Translations under genes and position numbers: made by a program | Shown here: positions 55,398-64,000 of the stretch, one piece after another | Layout: each line of letters opens with the position of its first letter | Numbering within the stretch: the first letter of the stretch is position 1 | Notes under the pieces: generated by a model | The model's database searches: none | What the model saw: only the letters and a program-made list of their open reading frames with translations | Told to the model about the DNA's origin: nothing | Assembly (NCBI GenBank): GCA_016204045.1 | Contig: JACQLQ010000001.1 | Coordinates: 106,766 to 170,765, forward strand | Length of the DNA: 64,000 bases | Direction of reading: 5' to 3' | From: Parcubacteria group bacterium | GTDB taxonomy: Bacteria; Patescibacteriota; Minisyncoccia; Phycocordibacterales; UBA2135

Positions 55398-57542
55398 ATG
55401 CAACGCGACTATCCTCTTGAACGAGTTAGAAACTTCGGAATTATCGCACACATTGACGCAGGAAAAACCACCACATCGGAGCGGGTCCTTTTTTATACAG
55501 GGATGACGCACAAGATTGGTGAGGTGCACGAGGGAGATACTGTTACTGACTGGATGGAACAAGAGCGCGAGCGTGGCATTACCATCACAGCCGCCGCTAT
55601 TACGTGTTTTTGGACGAAGACCGACGAGGCAGACAAGAGCATCAACAAGAAGTATCGTTTCAATATCATCGACACTCCCGGTCACATCGACTTTACCGCA
55701 GAAGTGAAGCGTTCTCTTCGTGTGCTGGACGGCGCCGTCGTCGTCTTCGACGGAGTGGCGGGCGTTGAGCCACAATCAGAAACAAACTGGCGTTATGCAG
55801 ACGAAGCGCAGGTGCCCCGTCTCTGTTTCATAAACAAACTCGACCGTACGGGAGCATCTTTCGAAAGATCCTACGCGAGCATTCTTGATCGTTTGAATAA
55901 AAACGCTATACGTATGCAGATTCCGATTGGCGAAGAGAGTGGTTTTGAGGGAGTTGTGGATCTCTTGAAGATGAAGGCATACCACTTTGTGGGGGAAATG
56001 GGGGCAAAAGTCGTTGAAGTCGAGATTCCAGAAAACCTCAAGGCCTCGGCAGAGAAGTTCCGACATGAGCTAGTCGAAAAGATTGCTGGAGAAAACGATG
56101 AGTTAATGAGCGCGTACCTCGAGGGCAAAGAAATTCCCATTGCTGATTTGAAAAAGGTGCTTCGCGAACTGGTTATTAAAAATAAGATTTTTCCAGTGTT
56201 TGTTGGTTCTGCACTTAAAAATAAAGGAGTGCAACTGGTGCTCGATGCCGTTGTCGATTATTTGCCAGGACCTCTCGACATCCCTGCGGTTGTTGGAACT
56301 GATCCGAAAACTGGAGAAAAAATTGAGCGTCACCCTTCCGACGAAGAGCCCTTTACCGCACTTGCTTTCAAATTACAAAGCGATCCGTTTGTTGGCCAGC
56401 TCACATTCTTCCGTGTGTATTCCGGTTCTGTTGAGGCGGGTTCATATATTTACAACTCCACAACTGGTGAAAAAGAGCGCCTCGGCCGTATCGTGCGTCT
56501 CCAGGCAAATGAACGTGAAGAGGTGAAAAAAGTTTTTGCCGGGGAAATTGCCGCAGCCGTCGGGCTCAAAGGCACAAAGACATCTCATACGCTTTGTGAT
56601 GAAAACAACCCTGTTGTTCTTGAAAAAATAGTATTTGCAGAGCCAGTTGTCTCCATGAAGGTTGAACCAAAAACAAAAGCCGACCAGGAACGTCTTGGTA
56701 TGGCGCTCTCGCGACTTGTTGATGAAGACCCGACATTTCGTGTTAAGACAGACACGGAAACACTTGAGACCATTATTTCCGGAATGGGCGAACTCCATTT
56801 GGAAATTCTCGTTGATCGCATGAAGCGCGAGTTTAAGGTCGAGGTAAATGTCGGCGCACCGCAGGTTGCATACCATGAGACAGTTACAACTCTTGCAGAA
56901 GCAGAGTCTAAATACATTCGTCAGACAGGTGGCCGTGGTCAATATGGTCACGTCAAGATTCGCGTTAAGCCGCTTGAGCCAATTGCAGAAGGCGAGAAGA
57001 TCCCAAAGAACGTGAAGCGAGGTGATCATTTCGAATTCGTCAACTCGATTAAGGGAGGTGTTGTTCCACAAGAATATATTGCACCAGTTGAAAAGGGTGT
57101 TAAAGAAGCCATGGAACGAGGCATTTTGGCAGGGTTCCCTGTAGTTGATGTGTCCGTCGATCTTTATGACGGGTCGTACCACGAAGTCGACTCTTCGGAG
57201 CTTGCCTTCAAGATTGCTGGATCCCTCGCATTCCAAGATGCTGCGAAACGCGCAAAGCCGGTACTCTTGGAGCCTATTATGAAGCTTGAGGTAATTGTGC
57301 CGAAGAAGTTCATGGGTGATGTGACTGGAAACTTGAACTCCAAACGAGGTCAGGTCACAGACATGGAGGAACGCGGGGAGCTTCAGGTCATCCACGCGCT
57401 CATTCCTCTTGCAGAAATGTTCGGCTATGTCACCACCCTCCGTTCTATGACCGAGGGCCGAGGCACATCCACGATGGAATTTGAGAAATATGAAATAGTG
57501 CCACGTCACGTTGCCGAGGAAATCATTGCAAAACGAGCGTAA
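55398..57542 (+). CDS. fusA: Elongation factor G
   Basis: AHIDAGKTT, DTPGH, NKLD, GMGELHL and GQYGHV motifs. Confidence 0.98.
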   Translation: MQRDYPLERVRNFGIIAHIDAGKTTTSERVLFYTGMTHKIGEVHEGDTVTDWMEQERERGITITAAAITCFWTKTDEADKSINKKYRFNIIDTPGHIDFTAEVKRSLRVLDGAVVVFDGVAGVEPQSETNWRYADEAQVPRLCFINKLDRTGASFERSYASILDRLNKNAIRMQIPIGEESGFEGVVDLLKMKAYHFVGEMGAKVVEVEIPENLKASAEKFRHELVEKIAGENDELMSAYLEGKEIPIADLKKVLRELVIKNKIFPVFVGSALKNKGVQLVLDAVVDYLPGPLDIPAVVGTDPKTGEKIERHPSDEEPFTALAFKLQSDPFVGQLTFFRVYSGSVEAGSYIYNSTTGEKERLGRIVRLQANEREEVKKVFAGEIAAAVGLKGTKTSHTLCDENNPVVLEKIVFAEPVVSMKVEPKTKADQERLGMALSRLVDEDPTFRVKTDTETLETIISGMGELHLEILVDRMKREFKVEVNVGAPQVAYHETVTTLAEAESKYIRQTGGRGQYGHVKIRVKPLEPIAEGEKIPKNVKRGDHFEFVNSIKGGVVPQEYIAPVEKGVKEAMERGILAGFPVVDVSVDLYDGSYHEVDSSELAFKIAGSLAFQDAAKRAKPVLLEPIMKLEVIVPKKFMGDVTGNLNSKRGQVTDMEERGELQVIHALIPLAEMFGYVTTLRSMTEGRGTSTMEFEKYEIVPRHVAEEIIAKRA

Positions 57543-57684
57543 TAAAATAAGCACCAACAAAACCCGCCTGAAGGCGGGTTTTGTGTTAGCGGTCTTCGCG
57601 TAAGTGGGGAGCATATCTTGACTCGTATATTTATATGTGCTACTATTTTGCCGGAAGTACCAGGATTTGCCACAAGGGAGTTTC

Positions 57685-57996
57685 ATGGCAAAAGTGACAA
57701 AAAAAGATTGTGTTATGAACCTTTCTGCGTTGGGCGCGCTTGTACATGGCGAACCGGGCGAGAGTAAACAGGTGTTTGAGCAAAGGAAAGAAGCATTTAG
57801 GCGTAAGTTTTCGAGGCAACCAGCTAGAGTGCTTCGTAGAAAGGTGAGGGCCATAACAATACAGACGCTCTCAGATGATCCCGAAGAACAGAGAAAGCTT
57901 AGGCGTCTATCGACCCCGAGGCTTCGTGCAAAAGCATTGAGATTTGCACAAAGCGCTTTGAAGCAAAGTCAGGAGCGGGCTAATGGCCAGGTATAG
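57685..57996 (+). CDS. Basic hypothetical protein
   Basis: GGGAG upstream; Arg/Lys-rich; overlaps next ORF. Confidence 0.5.
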   Translation: MAKVTKKDCVMNLSALGALVHGEPGESKQVFEQRKEAFRRKFSRQPARVLRRKVRAITIQTLSDDPEEQRKLRRLSTPRLRAKALRFAQSALKQSQERANGQV

Positions 57997-58381
57997 TCCT
58001 GAACAAATCGAAACCTTACGTCAACTTCGCGCATCGCTTCTTTTGCTCTCTGGATACATGGAGAGTAAACCGTTTGGGACGTTTGGTTTAAGGCCATCCA
58101 GACGTAAGCACTTGCTCGAGTTCGTATTCGTACAGCCGCACGGTAATGAGGTGTTTAACACGGCGGCAGTCGTGCGCCTCTATCGGGGGAAGGTGCGTAT
58201 CCAGTTCTTTTACGCAAATACGTGGCCACGTATAGTAACAAGGGCTCTTGTGAAAGAATTTGGTGAACGCGTTCAATTTGCTGAAAAACCAATATGGGGG
58301 CATCGTGAGCTCCTCTCATCGGGGCCGGCAAGGACATGGAAGGAATATGCCGACCCCGAACAGATTAAGAGCTTCATTTAG
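57983..58381 (+). CDS. Hypothetical protein
   Basis: AGGAG upstream; terminator-like hairpin downstream. Confidence 0.55.
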   Translation: MARYSPEQIETLRQLRASLLLLSGYMESKPFGTFGLRPSRRKHLLEFVFVQPHGNEVFNTAAVVRLYRGKVRIQFFYANTWPRIVTRALVKEFGERVQFAEKPIWGHRELLSSGPARTWKEYADPEQIKSFI

Positions 58382-58442
58382 CTAATAAAGAGTACGCAAC
58401 CGAGGTTTCCCCTCGGTTTTTCTATTGAAATGATAGGGATTG

Positions 58443-58566
58443 ACCCCGATAGTGTTAGCGGACGTCTTATTGATTGTGGTGAGTAAAGATAAAGGGGTTG
58501 TGGAGCACCACAAAAGATGAGAAAACGGACTTAAATCCTGCATCCGCGTCCTAACACTATCGGGGT
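58443..58566. repeat. 124-bp element with perfect 16-bp terminal inverted repeats
   Basis: ACCCCGATAGTGTTAG ... CTAACACTATCGGGGT. Confidence 0.7.
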
Positions 58567-58685
58567 TGACTCTTTCTTGCAGTTTGCTATAGTGGTAGAA
58601 ATCGCAATCGGTGCGCGTTTTTCGTTTTGAAGGTAGCGCCGAATAAGCATTAATAAGTAATTAATTATTAGTAAAAAACATTTTT

Positions 58686-59879
58686 ATGGCAGAACAATTT
58701 AAGCGAGACAAGCCACACGTGAACGTCGGTACTATCGGCCACGTCGACCACGGTAAGACAACTCTCACCGCGGCTATTCTTCACGTCCTGAACCTTTTGG
58801 GACACAAGGTGAAGTTGCGTGGCGTTGACGAAATCGACAACGCACCAGAGGAAAGGGAGCGTGGTATTACTATTGCGCTTTCGCACAACGAATACGAGAC
58901 CGCAAAGCGCCACTACGCGCACATCGATGCTCCAGGACACGCAGACTACGTCAAGAACATGATCACGGGTGCTGCGCAAATGGACGGCGCCATACTTGTC
59001 GTTGCCGCGACTGACGGTGCAATGCCCCAGACACGTGAGCACATTCTCCTTGCAAAGCAGGTTGGTGTTCCAAAAATCATTATCTTCTTGAACAAATGCG
59101 ACATGGTAGACGACAAGGACATGATTGACCTTGTTGAAGAAGAAGTACGCGAGCTTTTGACAAAGTACGGTTACAACGGCAAAGAAGTGCCTGTAATCCG
59201 TGGTTCAGCACTCAAGGCTCTTGAGGCAACCTCCAAAGATGATGAATGGGTAAAGCGCATTGCTGAATTGGCAAACGCTCTTGATGAATACATCCCACAG
59301 CCGGATCGTGACCTCGACAAGCCATTTCTCATGCCTGTTGAAGACATCTTCTCCATTGAAGGTCGTGGTACAGTCGTTACGGGCCGTATCGAACGTGGCA
59401 GGATCAAGGTTGGTTCTGACATTGAAATCGTTGGTATTAAGCCAACAACAAAGACCACAGTCACAGGTATTGAAATGTTCAACAAGTCTCTTGACGAGGG
59501 TCAGGCAGGTGACAACGCAGGCATTCTCCTTCGAGGTAGCAAGAAAGAAGACATCACGCGTGGTCAAGTTCTTGCGGCTCCTGGTTCTGTTACACCTCAC
59601 ACAGAATTTGACGCAGAGATCTACGTTTTGACAAAAGAAGAAGGTGGTCGTCACACCCCGTTCTTCACGGGCTACAAGCCACAGTTCTACATTCGTACTA
59701 CAGACGTAACAGGCGAGGCCATGCTTCCTGAAAATGTGAAGATGGTTATGCCTGGTGACACAATTACTATCAAAGTGAAACTCATTGCTCCGGTTGCACT
59801 TGAGGAACAGCAACGCTTTGCCGTTCGCGAAGGTGGCAAGACCGTCGGTGCGGGAGTGGTAACCAAGATTACCGTATAA
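58686..59879 (+). CDS. tuf: Elongation factor Tu
   Basis: [18 protein letters not shown] and [10 protein letters not shown] motifs. Confidence 0.98.
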   Translation: MAEQFKRDKPHVNVGTIGHVDHGKTTLTAAILHVLNLLGHKVKLRGVDEIDNAPEERERGITIALSHNEYETAKRHYAHIDAPGHADYVKNMITGAAQMDGAILVVAATDGAMPQTREHILLAKQVGVPKIIIFLNKCDMVDDKDMIDLVEEEVRELLTKYGYNGKEVPVIRGSALKALEATSKDDEWVKRIAELANALDEYIPQPDRDLDKPFLMPVEDIFSIEGRGTVVTGRIERGRIKVGSDIEIVGIKPTTKTTVTGIEMFNKSLDEGQAGDNAGILLRGSKKEDITRGQVLAAPGSVTPHTEFDAEIYVLTKEEGGRHTPFFTGYKPQFYIRTTDVTGEAMLPENVKMVMPGDTITIKVKLIAPVALEEQQRFAVREGGKTVGAGVVTKITV

Positions 59880-59948
59880 GGCTCTAGGCCTTAGGCACTA
59901 GGCGCTAGGGCGGTGCCCCTAGCACCTAGACTTAAGTTCTCGAACACT

Positions 59949-60317
59949 ATGGCAACAGAAACAAAACAACCCAAAACAGCACGTCCTCGAAAGAAGAAAG
60001 AGGAAGCGCAAGTGCACCGCCTTCGCATACGCGTCATGGCATATGAAAACAAAGTGCTCGACGCAAGCGTGAAGCAAATCATTGACACCGCAATGCGCTA
60101 TGGAGCAGAGCTCCACGGGCCAGTGCCTCTTCCAACAGAAATCAAGAAATACACCGTTAACCGCTCAACGTTTGTGCACAAAAATGCCCGCGAACAGTTT
60201 GAGATGCGTATTCACAAACGACTGATTGATATTGTGAATCCATCACCGCAGGTGATTGAGTCATTAACCAATCTTACGCTGCCGTCAGGTGTTAATATCG
60301 ACGTCAAAATGATCTAA
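59949..60317 (+). CDS. rpsJ: 30S ribosomal protein S10
   Basis: GPVPLPT and REQFEMRIHKRLIDI. Confidence 0.96.
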   Translation: MATETKQPKTARPRKKKEEAQVHRLRIRVMAYENKVLDASVKQIIDTAMRYGAELHGPVPLPTEIKKYTVNRSTFVHKNAREQFEMRIHKRLIDIVNPSPQVIESLTNLTLPSGVNIDVKMI

Positions 60318-60318
60318 C

Positions 60319-60939
60319 ATGTCGTTCCTACTCGCAAAAAAACAGAATATGATTCAGTACTTTGACGAAGACGGGCGGGCATACCCCGCTACTGTTTTAG
60401 TTGTGGGACCAACGACAGTGCTGCAAGTCAAGAATGTTGAAACCGATGGTTACAACGCCGTACAAGTTGGCTTTGGTGAGCAGACCCACACACGCCTCTC
60501 AAAAGCGCAGAGAGGGCACTTCAAGAAATCGGGCACAAACCCACGCCATGTTAAGGAATTCCGCACACCTGAAGCCCCGACACAAGCTGTTGGTGAAGTG
60601 GTACGAGTCGCCGATGCTTTTAAGGTGGGTGAGCGTATTGTGGTCACCGGAGTTTCCAAAGGTAAGGGTTTCCAGGGTGTTGTTAAGCGGCATGGATTTG
60701 GCGGCGGACCTCGTTCTCATGGACAGAAACACTCGGAGCGCGAGCCCGGTTCTATTGGCGCTACGTGGCCCCAGCGTGTTATTAAGGGCATGAGAATGGC
60801 GGGCAGAATGGGGGGTGATCGCGTGACGGTAAAAGGCCTCAAGGTTTTGAGCATTGATGCAGAAAACAACCTTTTGGTAGTGAGCGGTGCAGTGCCAGGA
60901 AGGCGGGGCACACTCTTAGAAGTCAGGAGCACAAAGTAG
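60319..60939 (+). CDS. rplC: 50S ribosomal protein L3
   Basis: SKGKGFQGVVKRH and MAGRMGG. Confidence 0.97.
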   Translation: MSFLLAKKQNMIQYFDEDGRAYPATVLVVGPTTVLQVKNVETDGYNAVQVGFGEQTHTRLSKAQRGHFKKSGTNPRHVKEFRTPEAPTQAVGEVVRVADAFKVGERIVVTGVSKGKGFQGVVKRHGFGGGPRSHGQKHSEREPGSIGATWPQRVIKGMRMAGRMGGDRVTVKGLKVLSIDAENNLLVVSGAVPGRRGTLLEVRSTK

Positions 60940-60962
60940 TGCCTTGAGTATCATGTAACAAA

Positions 60963-61640
60963 ATGGAATCATCAATTTACAACCAAAAAGGGGAGGAAGT
61001 CGGGAAGATCTCTCTGCCGGAGAGCATCTTTGCTTTGCCATGGAACGCCGATTTGGTGCATAGGGCTTTTGTTTCCTACACCGTTAACGACCGGATGTCG
61101 ATTGCGCATACGAAAAACCGAGCAGAAGTAGCTGGTGGAGGCAGGAAGCCATGGCGACAAAAAGGCACGGGTCGTGCACGGCACGGGTCAATCCGGTCGC
61201 CCTTATGGGTTGGGGGTGGTATTACGTTCGGGCCTCGCAGTGAGCGAGTGTATGAAGCAAAGATAAACAAGAAAGAAAAAACAAAGGCGCTCTACGTCGC
61301 GCTCTCTGAAAAGATGCGCCGGGGACAAATTTTCTTTGTCGACACACTCTCTTTTTCAGAACCAAAGACACGAGAGGCAAAAAATCTCCTCACAACACTC
61401 GGTACTGCGTTGGGGAATGATATGGGGGGCACTCGTACACATGGGGCGCTGTTTCTTACTGAGAAACATGAAGCAGCGCTGGCGCGCAGTTTTCGCAATA
61501 TTGGAAACGCAGAGATTAAGAATATTTCTGATGTGAATCTACCCGATGTTTTGCGCTCTAAGTATCTTGTCGTTGTCGATCCGAACAAAAGCCTCTCTAT
61601 ATTGGAGGGGAGGAAGCTACACCGTCGCGCAAATGCCTAA
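60963..61640 (+). CDS. rplD: 50S ribosomal protein L4
   Basis: KPWRQKGTGRARHGS. Confidence 0.97.
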   Translation: MESSIYNQKGEEVGKISLPESIFALPWNADLVHRAFVSYTVNDRMSIAHTKNRAEVAGGGRKPWRQKGTGRARHGSIRSPLWVGGGITFGPRSERVYEAKINKKEKTKALYVALSEKMRRGQIFFVDTLSFSEPKTREAKNLLTTLGTALGNDMGGTRTHGALFLTEKHEAALARSFRNIGNAEIKNISDVNLPDVLRSKYLVVVDPNKSLSILEGRKLHRRANA

Positions 61641-61656
61641 TCATTAACTTCTATCC

Positions 61657-62136
61657 ATGGCTTTATTTGATTTATTCAAAAATAAGAAGAAAGGTAAGGG
61701 AGATGACGCGGTAACCGCGAAACCGGCTCGTGAGACAGCGACCGCTGAAACACGCGCGCGCGCAAAGCAATCGGGCACGAGTGCGGAGGCAAAAGAGAAA
61801 AAGCAAAACCGTGCGACGAAGGCAGCGGTAGCTAACACCCGTGATGCCGCAGAAGGTGGCGAAGTATACGCCCCGCTTATCTTGAAGCCATTTATCACAG
61901 AAAAATCTTCTTTTATGAGTGCCGACGGTGCATATGTTTTTGCAGTGAGTAATGACGCTACGAAAAACGAGATCAAAAAGGCCATCAAAGAAATGTACAA
62001 GGTTACTCCAAGGCGAGTAAACATTATGACCCAGACATCTAAGACCCGTTATCTTCGCGGTCGCATAGGTGTTCGCGCACGTCCCAAGAAGGCGATTGTC
62101 TTTTTGAAGAAGGGTGATAGAATCGAATTCGTGTAA
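61657..62136 (+). CDS. rplW: 50S ribosomal protein L23 with N-terminal extension
   Basis: PFITEKS, ATKNEIKKAI and KKAIVFL. Confidence 0.93.
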   Translation: MALFDLFKNKKKGKGDDAVTAKPARETATAETRARAKQSGTSAEAKEKKQNRATKAAVANTRDAAEGGEVYAPLILKPFITEKSSFMSADGAYVFAVSNDATKNEIKKAIKEMYKVTPRRVNIMTQTSKTRYLRGRIGVRARPKKAIVFLKKGDRIEFV

Positions 62137-62147
62137 AACCTTAGTCT

Positions 62148-62996
62148 ATGAAGAAATTACGACCAACAACACCAGGGCAACGAGCCACCATTCTCCCCAG
62201 CTATAACGCTGTTTTGACTGCAAGCAAGCCTTTCAAGGCTCTTGTACGTGGCGGCAAAAGACATGGAGGTCGCGGCAATACTGGCCGTATCACAACCCGG
62301 CACAAAGGAGGTGGGCACAAGAGACGTCGTCGTCTTATTGATTTTCGTTTTGATAAAAAAGACATCCCTGCTCGCATCGAGACCATTGAGTACGACCCAG
62401 ACCGCAGCGCGTTTATCGCTCTCGTTCTTTACAATGACGGAGAACGCCGCTATATCCTCGCGCCAAAAGGTATGCGCCCCGGAGACGCGTTTATTGTTTC
62501 TAAGACCGCAGAGTTAAAGCCGGGCAACCGTACTGTTTTAGGAAATATTCCCGTTGGTACTTTTGTACACAATGTTGAGCTCCAACCAGACGGGGGTGGC
62601 AAAATCGCAAGATCGGCGGGAGGTTCTGCGCAAGTGATTGCACACGCAGGAGCGCACACGCAACTCAAAATGCCTTCAGGAGAAATACGCAAGGTTTCAC
62701 GTGTGGGATGGGCGACTTTGGGTGAGGTATCTCACGATGAGCACAAATTGCGAAGTCTCGGCAAGGCTGGGCGTTCGCGCTGGAAAGGTATTCGTCCGAC
62801 TGTTCGTGGCGTTGCCATGAACCCTGTTGACCACCCACACGGTGGTGGTGAAGCACACCACTCGATAGGGTTAAGATCAGGTCCCAAGACGCAACAAGGA
62901 AAGCGCGTTGGAGGAGTGAAGACTCGCCACGTCAAGAAGTATTCCCGCAACCTTATCATGCAAAGACGCAAGAATGCCCGCGAGCGTAGGCGCTAA
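62148..62996 (+). CDS. rplB: 50S ribosomal protein L2
   Basis: EYDPDRSA and RPTVRGVAMNPVDHPHGGGE. Confidence 0.97.
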   Translation: MKKLRPTTPGQRATILPSYNAVLTASKPFKALVRGGKRHGGRGNTGRITTRHKGGGHKRRRRLIDFRFDKKDIPARIETIEYDPDRSAFIALVLYNDGERRYILAPKGMRPGDAFIVSKTAELKPGNRTVLGNIPVGTFVHNVELQPDGGGKIARSAGGSAQVIAHAGAHTQLKMPSGEIRKVSRVGWATLGEVSHDEHKLRSLGKAGRSRWKGIRPTVRGVAMNPVDHPHGGGEAHHSIGLRSGPKTQQGKRVGGVKTRHVKKYSRNLIMQRRKNARERRR

Positions 62997-63032
62997 AACT
63001 CTTTCTTTTGTTTCTAGCATACTCACAAAATC

Positions 63033-63072
63033 ACAAAACCAGGGTCCGGCTATAGCCGGACCCTGGTTTTGT
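63033..63072 (+). terminator. Intrinsic terminator between rplB and rpsS
   Basis: ACAAAACCAGGGTCCGGC / GCCGGACCCTGGTTTTGT. Confidence 0.75.
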
Positions 63073-63073
63073 A

Positions 63074-63102
63074 TTGACTTTTACCTAGGCGTCATATAGG
63101 AT
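63074..63102 (+). promoter_or_regulatory. Putative internal promoter for rpsS
   Basis: TTGACT-17-TAGGAT. Confidence 0.5.
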
Positions 63103-63142
63103 ACCCTGAAGGCCCGCAAGGGCTCATTTTAACTGATTTGCT

Positions 63143-63490
63143 ATGGTGCGTTCATCCTATAAAGGTCCCTACGTTGACCCAAAGCTCATAAAGAAAGTTG
63201 AACAGCAGAAACCTCAGGGCGGGGTTATTAAGACATGGTCACGCGACAGCCAAATTGCACCCGAAATGGTCGGGTACACCTTTGGTGTTTACAACGGCAA
63301 AGAACACCTTCCAGTTCAGGTTACGGAAGAAATGGTGGGGCATCGTTTGGGTGAATTCTCGCCAACGAAGAAGTTCTTGCGGCACGGAGGCAAGATGCAG
63401 AAGGAGTTGGAACAGAAGAAGCGTGAGTCAGAGATTGCTGCGGCTGCAGCGGCGAAGGTTGAAAAAGCTCCTGCTGAGAAGAAGAAATAA
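63143..63490 (+). CDS. rpsS: 30S ribosomal protein S19
   Basis: IKTWSR and [12 protein letters not shown]. Confidence 0.97.
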   Translation: MVRSSYKGPYVDPKLIKKVEQQKPQGGVIKTWSRDSQIAPEMVGYTFGVYNGKEHLPVQVTEEMVGHRLGEFSPTKKFLRHGGKMQKELEQKKRESEIAAAAAAKVEKAPAEKKK

Positions 63491-63501
63491 TCTAGAAAAC
63501 C

Positions 63502-63870
63502 ATGAAGGCCTTTTTACGAAACTATCGACAGTCACCAAGAAAAGTTCGGCTTCTCGCCGATCTTGTTCGTGGCAAGGAAGTTTCCGATGCTCTCGTTGTC
63601 TTGGAAGCGGCAGTGAAGCGTGGCGCGCTTCCCTTGCGAAAACTCTTGAGCTCAGCGATCGCTAACGCAAAAAAGAATAACGGCGCTAACGAAGGGGCGC
63701 TGTATATTAAGGAGATTCGTGTTGATGAAGGGCCGACAATGAAGCGTGGAATGCCTCGCGCATTTGGTCGTTCAGCGATTATTCGCAAGCGAACATCCCA
63801 TATCTCTCTTGTCCTTGGAGAAAAGATGCAAAAGGCAGAAACCAAACAACCCGCTACGTTAAAAAGTTAA
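63502..63870 (+). CDS. rplV: 50S ribosomal protein L22
   Basis: QSPRKVRL and KRTSHI. Confidence 0.97.
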   Translation: MKAFLRNYRQSPRKVRLLADLVRGKEVSDALVVLEAAVKRGALPLRKLLSSAIANAKKNNGANEGALYIKEIRVDEGPTMKRGMPRAFGRSAIIRKRTSHISLVLGEKMQKAETKQPATLKS

Positions 63871-63882
63871 CAGCTTTATTTC

Positions 63883-64000
63883 ATGACACACGTCGTCCAT
63901 CCATACGCACACAGATTAGGCATACTCCGTGACTGGAAGTCGCGCTGGTTTAAAAGTGGTCCGCAGTATAGAGAGCAGTTGCGTGGCGACACACTCTTGC
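63883..64000 (+). CDS. rpsC: 30S ribosomal protein S3 (5' partial)
   Basis: MTHVVHPYAHRLGILRDWKSRWF; runs off the end of the window. Confidence 0.92.
   Translation, partial: MTHVVHPYAHRLGILRDWKSRWFKSGPQYREQLRGDTLL

Noticed and set aside
56442-57854. Long antisense ORFs (470 aa opposite fusA, 326 aa opposite ppsA, 288 aa opposite ileS, 250 aa opposite thyA)
   Set aside because: Shadow frames of well-conserved genes with no recognisable motifs.
1-64000. Alternative genetic code (UGA=Gly, as in Gracilibacteria/SR1)
   Set aside because: Conserved genes are full length under code 11, and TGA ends genes at the expected positions (xth, thyA).

Overview
A bacterial chromosome segment read in standard code 11. 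It most likely comes from a Patescibacteria/CPR genome (Parcubacteria-like), inferred from these traits: CCA-less tRNAs, rplK not followed by rplA, trigger factor without a clear FKBP domain, MutY without Fe-S cysteines, IleRS with an inserted histidine-phosphatase domain, and a type IV pilus locus with large secreted proteins. It holds 6 tRNAs, glycolytic genes (fba class I, ppsA, tpiA, pgk, deoC), repair genes (xth, mutY, recO), tig/clpP/rny/hup/nusA, secE-nusG-rplK, argS, ileS, and split str and S10 ribosomal operons. I saw no CRISPR array, transposase or prophage. The main novelty candidates are: (1) a structured element found twice, 3' of two different tRNAs, with a conserved core and flanks matched to each neighbouring tRNA (one antisense copy, one direct copy); (2) a thymidylate cluster whose ThyA has lost most canonical phosphate-binding residues and sits with a HIT hydrolase, a nucleotidyltransferase, a fused deaminase and DHFR; (3) a tRNA-Pro nested inside split fragments of itself; (4) an IDO-family dioxygenase; (5) tandem AdoMetDC-family genes behind a structured leader; (6) a structured leader with a 31-aa acidic peptide; (7) families of 120-130 bp inverted-repeat elements. 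All product calls come from motif recognition by eye; no database searches were run.
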